Source of the DNA: Squalus acanthias
Lineage: Eukaryota
Assembly: GCA_030390025.1 (NCBI GenBank)
Contig: CM059431.1
Location: 125,242,001-125,306,000, forward strand
Direction of reading: 5' to 3'
Length of the DNA: 64,000 nt
Shown here: one piece after another, positions 39,790 through 51,345 of the stretch
Layout: each line of letters begins with the position of its first letter
Position numbering within the stretch: position 1 is the first letter of the stretch
Program-made: the position numbers and the translations under genes
The notes under the pieces: model-generated
The model's input: only the letters and a program-made list of their open reading frames with translations
Databases searched by the model: none
What the model was told of the DNA's origin: nothing

Positions 39790-40955
39790 TTTAACATCTG
39801 AAGTTCATCACAGCTCTGAAATCATAGGCTGCATACAAAAGAGCAAATATGTCCAATATGTCTTTCCTTTTCCTGAACCGAGGTTCTCCTCTGCCATGGT
39901 TGACATGGCCCTCGACTGTGTCCATTCCATTTCCCACACTTCTGCTCTCACCCCTTCCATTCCCTCCCAGAACCACAACAGGGTTCCCCTTGTCCTCACC
40001 TTTCACCCCACCAGTTTCCACATTCAACGGATCGTCCTCCACTATTTCAGCCTCCACCAGCGTGATTCCACCACCAAACACATCTTCCCCTCCCCTCCCC
40101 TTTCAGAATTCTGAAGGGACTGCTACCTCCGTGACACCCTGGTCCACTCCTCAATCACCCCGAACACCCCCTCCCCTTCCCACGGCACCTTCCCATGCAA
40201 GCGCAGGAGATGTAACACCTGCCTTTTTACCTCCTCCCTTCCCACCGTCCAGGGCTCCAAACACTCTTTCCAGGTGAAACAGCGATTTACTTGTAGTTCT
40301 TGCAATTTAGTATACTGTATTCGCTGCTCACGATGCGGTCTCCTCTACACTGGGGAGACCAAACGCAGATTGGGTGAACGCTTTATGGAACACCTCCTTT
40401 CAGTCCACAAGTGTGACACTGAGCTTCTGGTTGTCTGTCACTTTAATTGTCCACTGCACTGCCACTCTGACCTCTCTGTCCTCGGCTTCTACCCCAACGA
40501 AGCTCAATGTAAGTTCGATGAACAGCACCTTATCTTTTGATTAGGCACTTTACAGCCTTCTGGACTCAACACTGAATTCAACAATTTCAGACCATAACCT
40601 CTGCCCCTTATTTTCAGATGGCAGCTGTTGATGATTCTGCTATTCCCATTTGCACCTCTTCTAGACTCATCTTTTGTTTCTTTACTTGTCCCATTACCAT
40701 CCCCTTTTGCTTTATACAATCATACCTTTTGTCATTTATTCACTCCTGCCTTCCACCCTATCACTGATCTTCCCTTTTGTTCTTTCCTCCCCTCCCCCCT
40801 TTCCCTGCCCCTGCACTTGCTAAAAATCTGTTACCTCTCTTAACTTTTTCCAGTTCTGATGTAAGGTCCTCGACCTGAAACGTTAACTCTGTTCTCTCTC
40901 TCCACCGATGCTGCCTGACCTGCTGAGTATTTCCAGCATTTTCTGTTTTTATTAC
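39790..40955 (+). mobile_element. Penelope-like element, 3' part with GIY-YIG endonuclease
   Basis: RVPLVLTFHP linker; NLVYCIRCSRCGLLYTGETKRRLGERFMEHL (40274-40540); pLTR ctgatgtaaggtc..gacctgaaacgttaac..gatgctgcctgacctgctgagt. Confidence 0.9.
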
Positions 40956-43014
40956 AGAGAGCAAACGTGTGTGGGGAAAGCTTCTTGCATGGATTTCAAA
41001 CAATTAGCTAATTTTATGGATAGGTTTTAGTGATTTTTCTTCAGAATAGTTTTTTTGTTAAATTTACATAATTGTTAAAATAGGTAGATCTTATGAATTA
41101 GCACTCCTGGTAACACTACAGGAACACATGTTGGAATTCACAAGCATCAAGGTCAAATGCTCCCTGCATGATTTTCGCCCCATTAAAATTAAATGGATGG
41201 AAATGTGTGTGCTGCTTGCTGACCTCCATGCGCAAATTCCTCATCTGCATTCCTGGCACATGAAGCTCTGCGTTGGGAATGCTAATTCATTAAGTTTATC
41301 TCTAACTGTTATTTCTGGTTGTTACCATTCACCTCAGTCAAGAAGAAAATGGAGGCTGAAAACTGTGTGAAGAAATTATTAGGGCAATTGATTATTTGGT
41401 TTGATGGCACCTGCTGGCTAGTGAGTGGTAGGTCAAATTACTTGGATTTCTGTGCCTGCTCATTCCTCTTTAACTGCTTGCTAATTTTTGATTTGTTCAT
41501 ATTTAATCAATCACATATTTGGTAACTGAACAGTTAAGTGGTTACTTGAGCCAATCATAGATGCCTTATGAACACATAACACTATGAAATCAGAGTTATT
41601 TCACAATAATGCCTGAGAACATGGATGCCCTGGGTTGTGACAGTTTTGAGGTGGGACTCCAATGACAGGTGTGATGGAGGCTTTAGACACTAGTCTTTTA
41701 ATTATATAGACAGATCTTACTTTATGCTTCTAATGCATCATTCATTTTTTTTGGTACTACAAAATAATCCGTGTAACTGTTATGCATTGACCCACTTCTT
41801 GTCTCTCTGGTGAGTTTAGCTCCATCAACACATTTTTTTCCTACTTTTTTTAAAGTCTTGTGATATATATTCCAAATTTAAAGGTGAAATTAATAATTGC
41901 TCACTTTGTTTATATAGGTGATCTATTTATCTCCAAATAGCTATATTTTACAACTGTTTTAGTAAAATGAAGGATCAGTTTCCTAATTTCCTAGATTTAT
42001 GTACTCTAAATTAACATCATTCTTTACATATTTCATCTTGCTTTGAGTATCCATCTTCACTTGTTTTTGCTGTTCCAAGTTAAAATTGCTGAATTTCCAT
42101 ACACATGGGACCTTTGGAGTATAATTCATGTTTTATGCACTTGGATCAAGGCATTAGTCAAAAATCTGAAAAAAATCACTTTTTCTTACAAATACTCTAT
42201 GACCCAATATATTAAATTGTAAAAGCAAACAGCCAGTAGTCTGAATCACTCTTGCAGTGCAACACAATGAACTTGAGGGGACAGCTAAAAATAGAAACAA
42301 TTACTTCACAGTTTTTTCCCCCATAAATCTTGCTCAGAATTAATTATAAAATCTTATCATTGGACATATGTTTATTGCATCTTTAAAAAGCAATAATTAG
42401 CAACAATATGTATCTGAGTCACAGACAATGTTGTGTTCCCCAGAGTCATTATAAGAAGCATATTAAAATTCTTAGGAAGGTAGTCTCCTGGCCCTGGCCA
42501 GCATGCACCTTTCTATACCTAGGAAGAAAGTTCCTGAAGTTAACAATGGAAATTTAGATTACTTTCCGTGCAATAAACTTGTGTCCTTGTGAGAAGATGG
42601 AGAATTTTTGATCTTGCTTCTGTCGCAGTGCTATTAATGGGAAGTGCATATAGATTCCAGTAGAAAAGCAACACTGTGAGAGAACAGACTATAAAATGAT
42701 CATTAGATTCAAACATATGGTCTAACAGAATCTATTGTAATGGCTTTGAAAATAGGGACTTCAGAATAGAACTGGAATCAGAACAGCCAATCTATCTTGT
42801 TCATGCCATGAAGTACCTGCGCTAAGGAAAGTATATAAGTATGGCAACAATATATGTGACCACTACACTGATCAAAAACAGCTGTGTTTATTTGCAGCAC
42901 AAGTGGGTTGGACCAGATTTCTGATTGGTGCCCTTGGAGGACAAGACACACCCAACAGTTTGTCTGGAATGTGCAATTTGATCCAGTCTTGTCAGGCAGC
43001 CTACAGAAAGTGGA

Positions 43015-43187
43015 ATAACAACAGAAAATGCTGGAAACACTCAGCAGGCCAGGCAGCATCCGTGGAGAGCGAAACAGAGTTAACGTTTCAGGTCGGAGAC
43101 CCACGGATGCTGCCTGGCCTGCTGAGTGTTTCCAGCATTTTCTGTTGTTATTTCAGATTTCCAACATCCGCAGTATTTTGCTATTGT
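43015..43187. mobile_element. Short PLE pLTR insertion in inverted (hairpin) form
   Basis: ~52-bp perfect inverted arms homologous to 40870-40950; TSD ctaca(g/a)aaagtgga (43001-43014 / 43188-43201). Confidence 0.8.
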
Positions 43188-43849
43188 CTACAAAAAGTGG
43201 AGCTGTAGTTAACTTTGTGAAGTATTTTCCTAGCCAAGGACAACTATAATTACAATTGCAGAACACTAGATAAAGGCAGGCAGCAAATGACTCCAGGCTC
43301 GGCAACGTGCTTCGGCAGGTCTCACTTCTTGTACTGCGCATGCGCGACTGATCGAGTGCACATGCACAGTACCAGAACAGTCTTCAGGCTCCCCATATGG
43401 TCTTCATGCACCCCAAACAGGAGCAGGAGGACTGCTAGACCTTGCAAATAATCACTCCGATCAAAAACTGAAGCTGCATCACAGAAAAGTGAGGTCCATG
43501 ATTTTGACAATAATGCATCTGTAATACAATCAACCCTTATTTTTTTAATTAGACTGAATTACGGCTTTTGCAGATATCCTCATTGGCAATTCAAATTTTA
43601 GTTATACCAACACATCATTGAGTATGACAGTCACTATGTAAGAATCAAGTAGTTACACAATTGGATTTACATTTTATACAAATATAAAACAAGAACAACA
43701 ATAATTGTGCACATGTTTCTAAAGTAACTAAAGGGAGACTGATATTTCTTAAGAGGGGACAAATTGAACATAATCACAAAAAGAATGAAATGGTTCAAAA
43801 ATGTTTGTTTACATAGAGGCTTGTTAGAATGTAAAATTCTCCGCCACAA

Positions 43850-44030
43850 ACCATTGTTGAAGCTGAGTTCATAAAGACTTTTAGAAGGGAAGCAGACAGG
43901 TGTTTGAGAAAGGATATGGGTAGTGAAAGGGATTAGACTAGGTGACTCACATCAGCTGGCACAGTCTAGATGGGCCATGTGGTCTGTTTTTGTGCTGTAA
44001 TATTCTATGGTCCCATTCTATAATTCTATG
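43850..44030 (+). mobile_element. Old CR1 3' end
   Basis: gctggcacag..gatgggcc..tgtgctgtaa..ttctatg tail. Confidence 0.6.
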
Positions 44031-44205
44031 AACTGTATTGTTTGGTACATTATAAGTATAATATTGCATTTAAACAGATCATTAACAATTATCTATAAAA
44101 GTAAACACAAATCATTATATTTTATTTTGCTGTTTTAAGTTTTTAAAAGTCATAGCATTTTTCTCTGCATAAACAAAAATTCAAGAAACAACTAAACACA
44201 AAACA

Positions 44206-44941
44206 GGCCTGGAGTTTCCACTTGGTTGCGCTGGTGTTTCCAGTGCAATTCACCCCAAATCAGCCAAACCAGCGCAAAAGAATGCGGAATTTCAAGCACA
44301 AATTACGTCCAGCGCGAATCGCGTTTTGCGCCAGTTTAAAAAACATCGCACTGGAATGCAGCCCCGCCCACAGAACTGGCCTCGCCCCCAGAGCAAATTG
44401 ATCACCATGGCACGTTTCCGCTAATTGCGCCCGTTTGCGGGCCTTCAAGGAGGCTCTTAAAATTAAGCTATTTTTTTTTAGGCGCAAGGCCACTAATAGG
44501 CACCTTTTAAAAGCTTTATGTTTTTTTAATTTATTAAGAAACTGACTACTGCACACCAATGAAACTAGTAAATGGTTCTGTATAGTTTTATAAAGTCATT
44601 TTCAGTTATTTAAAATTGGGTTACTCACAGGTGGTGGACTAGACACTCTGATTAAAAATGCTTATTTTTTGTGATAAACCCATTTGCAGCTGTATTAATC
44701 AAACTGCCCCAGGTTACCACTCTTAAATATATCAAGGAATATTTTTAATATAATTTTTTTTTTAATTACATTTTAAAATGCTTCCCGATTGCACTGGTTC
44801 ATGGAAGATTTTAAGTTTGGTGATATGCAAATTAATTTGAGTGAAAACTTGAGCAAAAATTTCACTTTGCAAAACTAGCGCAATTTTGAGCACATTTTGC
44901 GGCCGGATCACCGATTGCACCCAAAGCGGAAATTCTTGGCC
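44206..44941. mobile_element. MITE, probably Harbinger-type
   Basis: TIR ggcctggagtttcc / ggaaattcttggcc; repeated GCGCAA subterminal motifs; AT-rich core; no clean TSD. Confidence 0.6.
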
Positions 44942-45548
44942 TTCAGTTTCATCCTTAACAACCCTAAAGACAAACTAATTTTGGATAATGTTTGTTAAAA
45001 AGACCATTGATCTGCCCCATCAAATATAATTGTGTATAAAATTCTCATTTCAACTTACTAAATTTCACCAAAATAATTAATTATTTTCACTCCTTACAGT
45101 TTCCCAAACCACAATTGTTTACAGCCAATCCCACTATAAGCAGTACTTTAACCATATTATTTCTTATACACAGATAACTCTGTAAAGGTTTAAAAGTTAA
45201 TAAAAACTTAAGTCTTACAAAAACACACATAAGATTGCCCTCCATTAAAGAAAAATAAATAAATTATTGTGCTCTAATTGCATCCGCAATATTGTGGATA
45301 TACCTGTGAAAAGATAGCCAATTTAACATATTGAAAACTGCTTAAAACTGAATTTCATAATACAGCAAGTTGTATTTAATCATATTAATTTTGAACTCCA
45401 GCACAAGGTTATATTAAATACTGTTTGGTTATTTCAGCAATCCCCAGATGATAATGCAGATCTTATAGAAATATTTTAATATTCAAATTGACAAAACATG
45501 TAAATGAGTAAAGCAGTGCAGTTAGCTTCATACACACTCTTGCCATCG

Positions 45549-45673
45549 GGGGTAATTGTGTCTTTGGGTGACAGTGTAAAATGGGTGATTTTCATTCAGC
45601 CGTCCATTTTCATTTCTATTTCATGATCTGATGTCGGCCGTTTAATACTGTCACCCAAAGTCACAACTACCTC
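45549..45673. repeat. Tiny palindromic MITE (~125 bp)
   Basis: Arms ggggtaattgtgtctttgggtgacagt / actgtcacccaaagtcacaactacctc. Confidence 0.7.
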
Positions 45674-46468
45674 TATCTTTTCTAGTTTTGTTCTAACTAA
45701 GAAACTAAGGTGACGGGCTAAAGCCCACAGTGCAGGACACCAGCAGTATTGAAAAGAATAAAAGAGATGAGGTGAATAAGGAAGTACCGATGGTGTAACA
45801 GCAAAGCTTTGATTTTAAAAGTTGTAAATGTTTAGGAGGAAGTGAAGTCTGAAGGTGAAGAGGTTGGTGAGTCTTGATTTTGACAGTGTGATGATGCTGG
45901 GAGGAGTATGTACCATGCCACATTTTCAGATTAGGAGGAATAAAGGAAAGCTTTGACTATAGTAGTAGCAACAAAATAGAGAACAACAAGAAAGAGAGAG
46001 GTTGGAGGCTAGAGGTGGGAGGAGGAGTGCCCAGAGATGATAAGCTTTCTCTTGTATCCTAAGAAGAAGAAAAACTGCAAATGTTGGAAATCTACATCGA
46101 AGGTAAATGGTGGATGATGTTGATTCGACTAGCATCATAAGAAACCATGGCCTAGACTGCTCAGCACCCATTTTCAGATGCTAAATGGTCTCCTAATGCT
46201 CGATATGGCAGGCAGGAAATGCACACACATTTCATTCTGGAAGTGCACCACCTGCCATATTGATGCAAGTGGAAGCGTTGGCAGCAGGTGGAAGCGTTGG
46301 CAGCAGGAATGCACGTCCAGAGTATGCGAACAGCAGAATATTTTATTTTAATTAGAGTCCTGCGGGCCTTGCAGGGTGGGTTCTCAATATTGGTTTGCCC
46401 CAGCAGGTTCCTAGGCACGTGCTGAACTCCCCCAGCGACACGTGGCAGGAAGAACCCTCCACCAGCAG

Positions 46469-46505
46469 TATTTAAAGGGATCATGCAGTACCAACAGGTT
46501 AGTTG
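46469..46505 (+). promoter_or_regulatory. Putative TATA/Inr core promoter of Harbinger transposase (also 28408-28444 and 50075-50111)
   Basis: TATTTAA(A/T) followed at identical spacing by TTAGTTG in three copies, each upstream of the transposase start. Confidence 0.45.
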
Positions 46506-47897
46506 CTGGTTTGTGATTTCAGGCTGCTGATTAACTTCTGGATGTTTTATGGTGTGTTTTATCACTCTGGAAAGATTACTTTCTCTACACAGTACTGCTG
46601 TTGGCTGCTTCAGAGATAGCTGACTGCAGTCATGGGTGGTCTCATCGGGCTGCTTTCTGGGCTGGAGGATGAGGGGGAGCAGCAAGCAAGACATCAGACA
46701 GCAGGAGCAGCTGCCAGAAGAGGGAGAAGGAGAGCACTGCGTAGGAAGCCATGTCCACAGCGGATATTCAGGAAGCACTTCTCCTACATTAACTTTACTC
46801 AGGGGAAATGTCTCAGGTGTCTTCACTTCACCAAGGAGGCTGTCACTGACCCATGTCACCTGCTGCAGGAACAACTCAAGCCTCGCCTCAGGCATGGACA
46901 GCACTGCCTCTGGCTGTCAAGGCCACCCTGACCCTTAACCTATATGCCAAGGGCTTCTTCCAAGTTGCAGTAGGTGATATCAGTGACACATCGCAGTTTA
47001 CAGTACATTGATGTATCAGGGAGGTCACTAAAGTCTCACCTTCACACTCTATGCAAGATAAAGGGTTGCATCTTTCAGCAGTCACTCAGCTGTCTCTGCT
47101 TAACCTTGCAAACTAATTGCTAACTCTTACCTTCCAGGTCCTGAAACTCGAGAGAGCAGAGGACCAGAGTAAGACAAGGACATCTCTCCAGAAGATGCAG
47201 CATCACTCAAGCATACTCAAGCAAATACCTTGCTCAGTGACTGACACCCTGTGTAGTTTAGAGGCCTGAGTAGTGAGGTCTGTACTGGGCAATTCATCAA
47301 GTACAAGCGTGCAGGAGCAAAATCAGGTGAATAGGACGGCCCAGGAAGCATGTCTCTAGAGGTTGACCTCACATCCAAGCTCTGCTGCAGATGGCAGAGA
47401 TTAAGACCTCAAAGCCTACAGAAGAAAACTCCTGGCTATACAGCACAAGCTTCTAAGTGCACCAGGCAGCGACCTTCTGTACAATGGCAGAGAGCACAGA
47501 GGAGTTCAACTCCAACTTGTACGGGGTCATCACCCATGGCAACCAGATCATGCAGTCAACTGCCGAACAATTGGTCAGCTCAATGAACACTACATTGGCA
47601 ACCACAGTGATGGAGCCTCCGGTGGCAACTCTGACAGCTTCAGTGGAAGCTTAGACTGCTGCACCTTGGCTCTGGGCTCCAGCAGGTCCTCTGTTTCTCA
47701 AAACATGAAGGATGGTGTTGATAAGGGATTGAGTGTGTCTCATCACTCCTGTACTCTGTTCTCATGCAGATAATAGACTTGTTTGCAAAATTAAAACCCA
47801 TGGGATTAAAGGGACAGTGGCAGCATGGATAAAAAAATAGCTGAGGGACAGAAAGCAGAGGTGGTGAATGGTTGTTTTTCCAGACTGGAGGGAAGTA

Positions 47898-48261
47898 CAG
47901 GAAACTCTCTTTTAACCGGCACCCAAATAACCGGAAATCTCTCTTAACCGGCAAAATTCTTGAGTAGGTAACCGGGGTTTTCCTTCATCTCTCCTTTAAA
48001 AATAACTTTAAAAAATACCCCGAGGCATCTGCCTTGTATCGGAGCATGTAGATTGGGAGGGGAATGTGCAGCCCGGGTAGGCAGCGGTCACGACAGATGG
48101 TCAGCTGGCGGTCCCCGGGGAGACGGAGCTCCGAATGCAGGCGCATGTCAGTATGTATGGGGCTCTCGTACGTTGGGAGATATAACTCTCCGTTATCCGG
48201 ACTTTTTGATTAACCGGCACCACACCGGTCCCGTCGGTGCCGGTTAATAAAGAGTTTCCTG
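47898..48261. mobile_element. Tc1/mariner (pogo/Tigger-like) MITE, 364 bp
   Basis: TIR caggaaactctcttttaaccggcacc / ggtgccggttaataaagagtttcctg; TA TSD; CR1 is contiguous on removal. Confidence 0.9.
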
Positions 48262-49068
48262 TATACAGTGCTGCTCCCCAAGAGTCAGTATTAGATCAAA
48301 GCTCTTTTGATATATATGAATGACCTGGACTTGGGTATACAGGGCATAATTTCAAAGTTTGCAGATGACACAAAACTTGGAAATGTAGTGAACAATGAGG
48401 TGGATAGTAACAGACTTCAGGGAGACGTAGACAGACTGGTGAAATGGGCAGACACATGGCAAATGAATTTTAACGCAGAGAAGTGTGAAGTGAAAGATTT
48501 AAGTGGGAAGAATGAGGAGACGCAATATAAACTAAATGGTGCAACTTTAAAGGGGGTGCAGGAACAGAGAGACCAGGGGTGTATGTACACAAATCTTTGA
48601 AGGTGGCAGGACAAGTAGAGAAGGCTGTTAAAACAGCATATGGGATTCTTGGCTTTATTAATGGAGGAATAGAGTACAACAGCAAGGAAGTGATACTAAA
48701 CCGTTATAAAACACTGGTTTGGCCTAAGCTGGAGTATCATGTTCAATTCTGAGCACCACATTTTAGGAAGGATGTCAAGCCTTTGGAGAGGGTGCAGAAG
48801 AGATTTAGTAGAATGATACCAGGGAGGAAGGGTTTCAGTTATGTGGAGAGACTGGAGAAGCTGGGGTTGTTCTCCTTAGAGCAGAAAAGGTTAAGAGGAG
48901 ATGTGATAGAGGAGTAAATAAAGAAAAACTGTTTCCAGTGACAGAAGGGTCGGTAACCAGAGGACACAGATTTAAGGTCATTGGCAAAAGAAGCAGAGGT
49001 GACATGAGGAAACATTTATTTACACAGGGAGTTGTTGTGATCTGGAATGAACTGCCTGAAAAAGTGGT

Positions 49069-49280
49069 TGCACAACACCAGGTTATAGTCCAACAGCTTT
49101 ATTTGAAATCACAAGCTTTCGGAGCGCTGCTCCTTCGTCAGGTGAAGTCCAGTGACAGAAGGGTCGGTAACCAGCGCTCCAAAAGCTTGTGATTTCAAAT
49201 AAAGCTGTTGGACTATAACCTGGTGTTGTGCAACTTCTCACATTTGTCCACCCCAGTCCAACACCGGCATCGCCACATCA
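49069..49280. mobile_element. PLE pLTR insertion with inverted duplication
   Basis: 12-bp TSD tgaaaaagtggt (49057-49068 / 49281-49292); ~60-bp inverted arms; homologous to 288-372. Confidence 0.88.
49112..49144 (-). ncRNA. Minimal hammerhead-ribozyme-like motif in PLE pLTR
   Basis: CUGACGA-A-GGAGC-AGC-GCUCC-GAAA-GCUU: core boxes, stem II and palindromic stem III, as established for PLE hammerheads. Confidence 0.55.
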
Positions 49281-49769
49281 TGAAAAAGTGGTGGAAGCAG
49301 ATTCAATAGTACCATTCAAAAGAGAATTGGATAAATGCTTGAAAGGAAAAAAAAATTACAGGGCTACGGGGAAAGAGCAGGAGAGTGGGATTCATTGGAT
49401 AGCTCTACCATAGAGCCGGCACGGGTACGATGGGCCAAATGGCCTCCTTCTGTGCTGTATCATTCTATGATTCAATGAAGATTAGTGGAAGTGCTGATGT
49501 GCAGCCCCATGAGAGTGGCTCTCCTCTCTCAGGATAACAACAAGCCTGCTCCCCCACCATACTCAACTTGTTGATGCCAGACAACCAGCTGAGCCTGACT
49601 GTACACCCATCATCCTCTATGGCCAGAGCTACTTGAGGTCGCTCATGACGGCAACCTCAGGAGTCCTCAATGGAAGTTCAGCAAACTTCCTCCTCCCTTG
49701 CTGTATCCATTGGGATTGCACCTCATAGGAGGAATAGAAATGATAATCAAGCACACAAGTAAGGAATTG

Positions 49770-50942
49770 GGGCCGCAAAATTCGTCTCGTTAGCACCGAT
49801 TTTTTTCAGCGCTATGAGTGCCATTTTGGCTCCAAAAAGGTGTCTGTGGTGCGTGCACATATTTCAGGTGTGAGCCACACCGGATGCCATCTTGGTGAGG
49901 GTGTTAACGCGTGCGCAGGGAACGTCCGCCAGAAATATGCAGAGTAGGCAGATGGTTACATCAATCCGCTTGTAACGCTGATTTGACGTCAGTGATGTCA
50001 TTTTGGAGCTCAGTGCTCTAGCTAACGCCCTCTCTTAAACATGCACAGCAGCAGGAAGGACACCCCACCAGTGCTATTTAAAGGGATCATCAACTTCTTA
50101 CAGATTAGTTGCTGATTGATTTCTACTGCCTCTTGCTGCGATTGTAGAATTGTTTGGTGGTTTCTAGAGTTCTTTAAAGTTGCTAAAGTCTACAGGAAGT
50201 GTTGTGGCACATGCTGAAGGACTTTGTCCTGCCATCAAGGATTCTGCACAGACCACTTGCTCAGTAGGTGCAGTAGTAGGCATTCCCTTTGGACTACAGC
50301 ATGACACGGAGGAGGACAAGCTGCTGGCAGAGGGAGGAGAAGGGGGAGAGGGGATCTCAGCAGGGGGCCATATCCGCCCAGGATGTTCACGGAGCAATTC
50401 ACCTACCTGAACCTCAGCGAGGAACAGCGTATCAGACGTCTGCGCTTCAGCAAGGAAGTCCTCACTGAAATCTGCCACCTGCTACAGCCACAACTGCAAC
50501 CTCAGAGCAGGGCGAGGACCGCATTGCTAGTGGCTGTGAAGGTGACCGTGACCATGACCATGAAGGCTGGAGCAGGCGATATTTGCAACATCTCCCAGTT
50601 TGTCGTCCATTGTTGCATAGGGGATGTCACTGAGGCTCTGTATTCTAAGAGAGCTGAATACATTTCATTCTCTCTTTCTAGAGAGCAGCAGGCAGAGTGA
50701 GCACACGGCTTTGCGAGGATTGCAAGTCATCCCCATGGTGCAGGGTGCCATTGACTGCATGCACATAGCTTTGTGGGTGTCACATGTCAACTCTGAGATG
50801 TACCGCAACTGAAAGGGATTCAATTCCCTCAATGTCCAGCTGGTGTGCGAGCATACGCAGCCTATCATGCAGGTCAATGCCCAATATCCTAGCAGCAGTC
50901 ATGATACCTTCATTCTGCGGCAGTCCTCAGTGATATCTGCAT
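49770..50942 (+). mobile_element. Harbinger left end and transposase pseudogene, truncated by a LINE
   Basis: [63 protein letters not shown]. Confidence 0.85.
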
Positions 50943-51345
50943 TTTTCTTTTATTCGTTCACGGGATGTGGGCGTCGCTTGCAAGGCCAGCATTTATTGCC
51001 CAACCCTAATTGCCCTTGAGACATCCCCTATGCAACAATGGACGGCAAACTGGGAGATGTTGCAAATACCGCCTGCTCCAGCCTTCATGGTCATGGTCAC
51101 GGTCACCTTCACAGCCACTAGCAATGCGGTCCTCGCCCTGCTCTGAGGTTGCAGTTGTGAGCGCATTCTTGAACCGCTGCAGTCCGTGTGGTGAAGGTAC
51201 TCCCACAGTGCTGTTAGGGAGGGAGTTCCAGGATTTTACCCCAGCAACGATGAAGGAACGGCGATATACTTCCATGTCAGGATTGTGTGTAACTTGGAGG
51301 TGATGGTGTTCCCATGCACCTGCTGCTCTTCTCCTTCTAGGTGGT

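Larger units (their letters stand above)
47715..49475 (+). mobile_element. CR1 LINE, 5'-truncated, carrying two insertions
   Basis: ISKFADDTKLG, TRGHRFKV; 3' tail cattctatgattcaatga. Confidence 0.9.
46150..49760 (+). mobile_element. Decayed Harbinger derivative interrupted by CR1 (ends approximate)
   Basis: Transposase N-terminus (RRKPCPQRIFRKHFSYINFTQGKCLRCLHFTKEAV, from 46632), then Myb-partner last exon (~47140-47700 and ~49480-49740), both on +. Confidence 0.7.
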
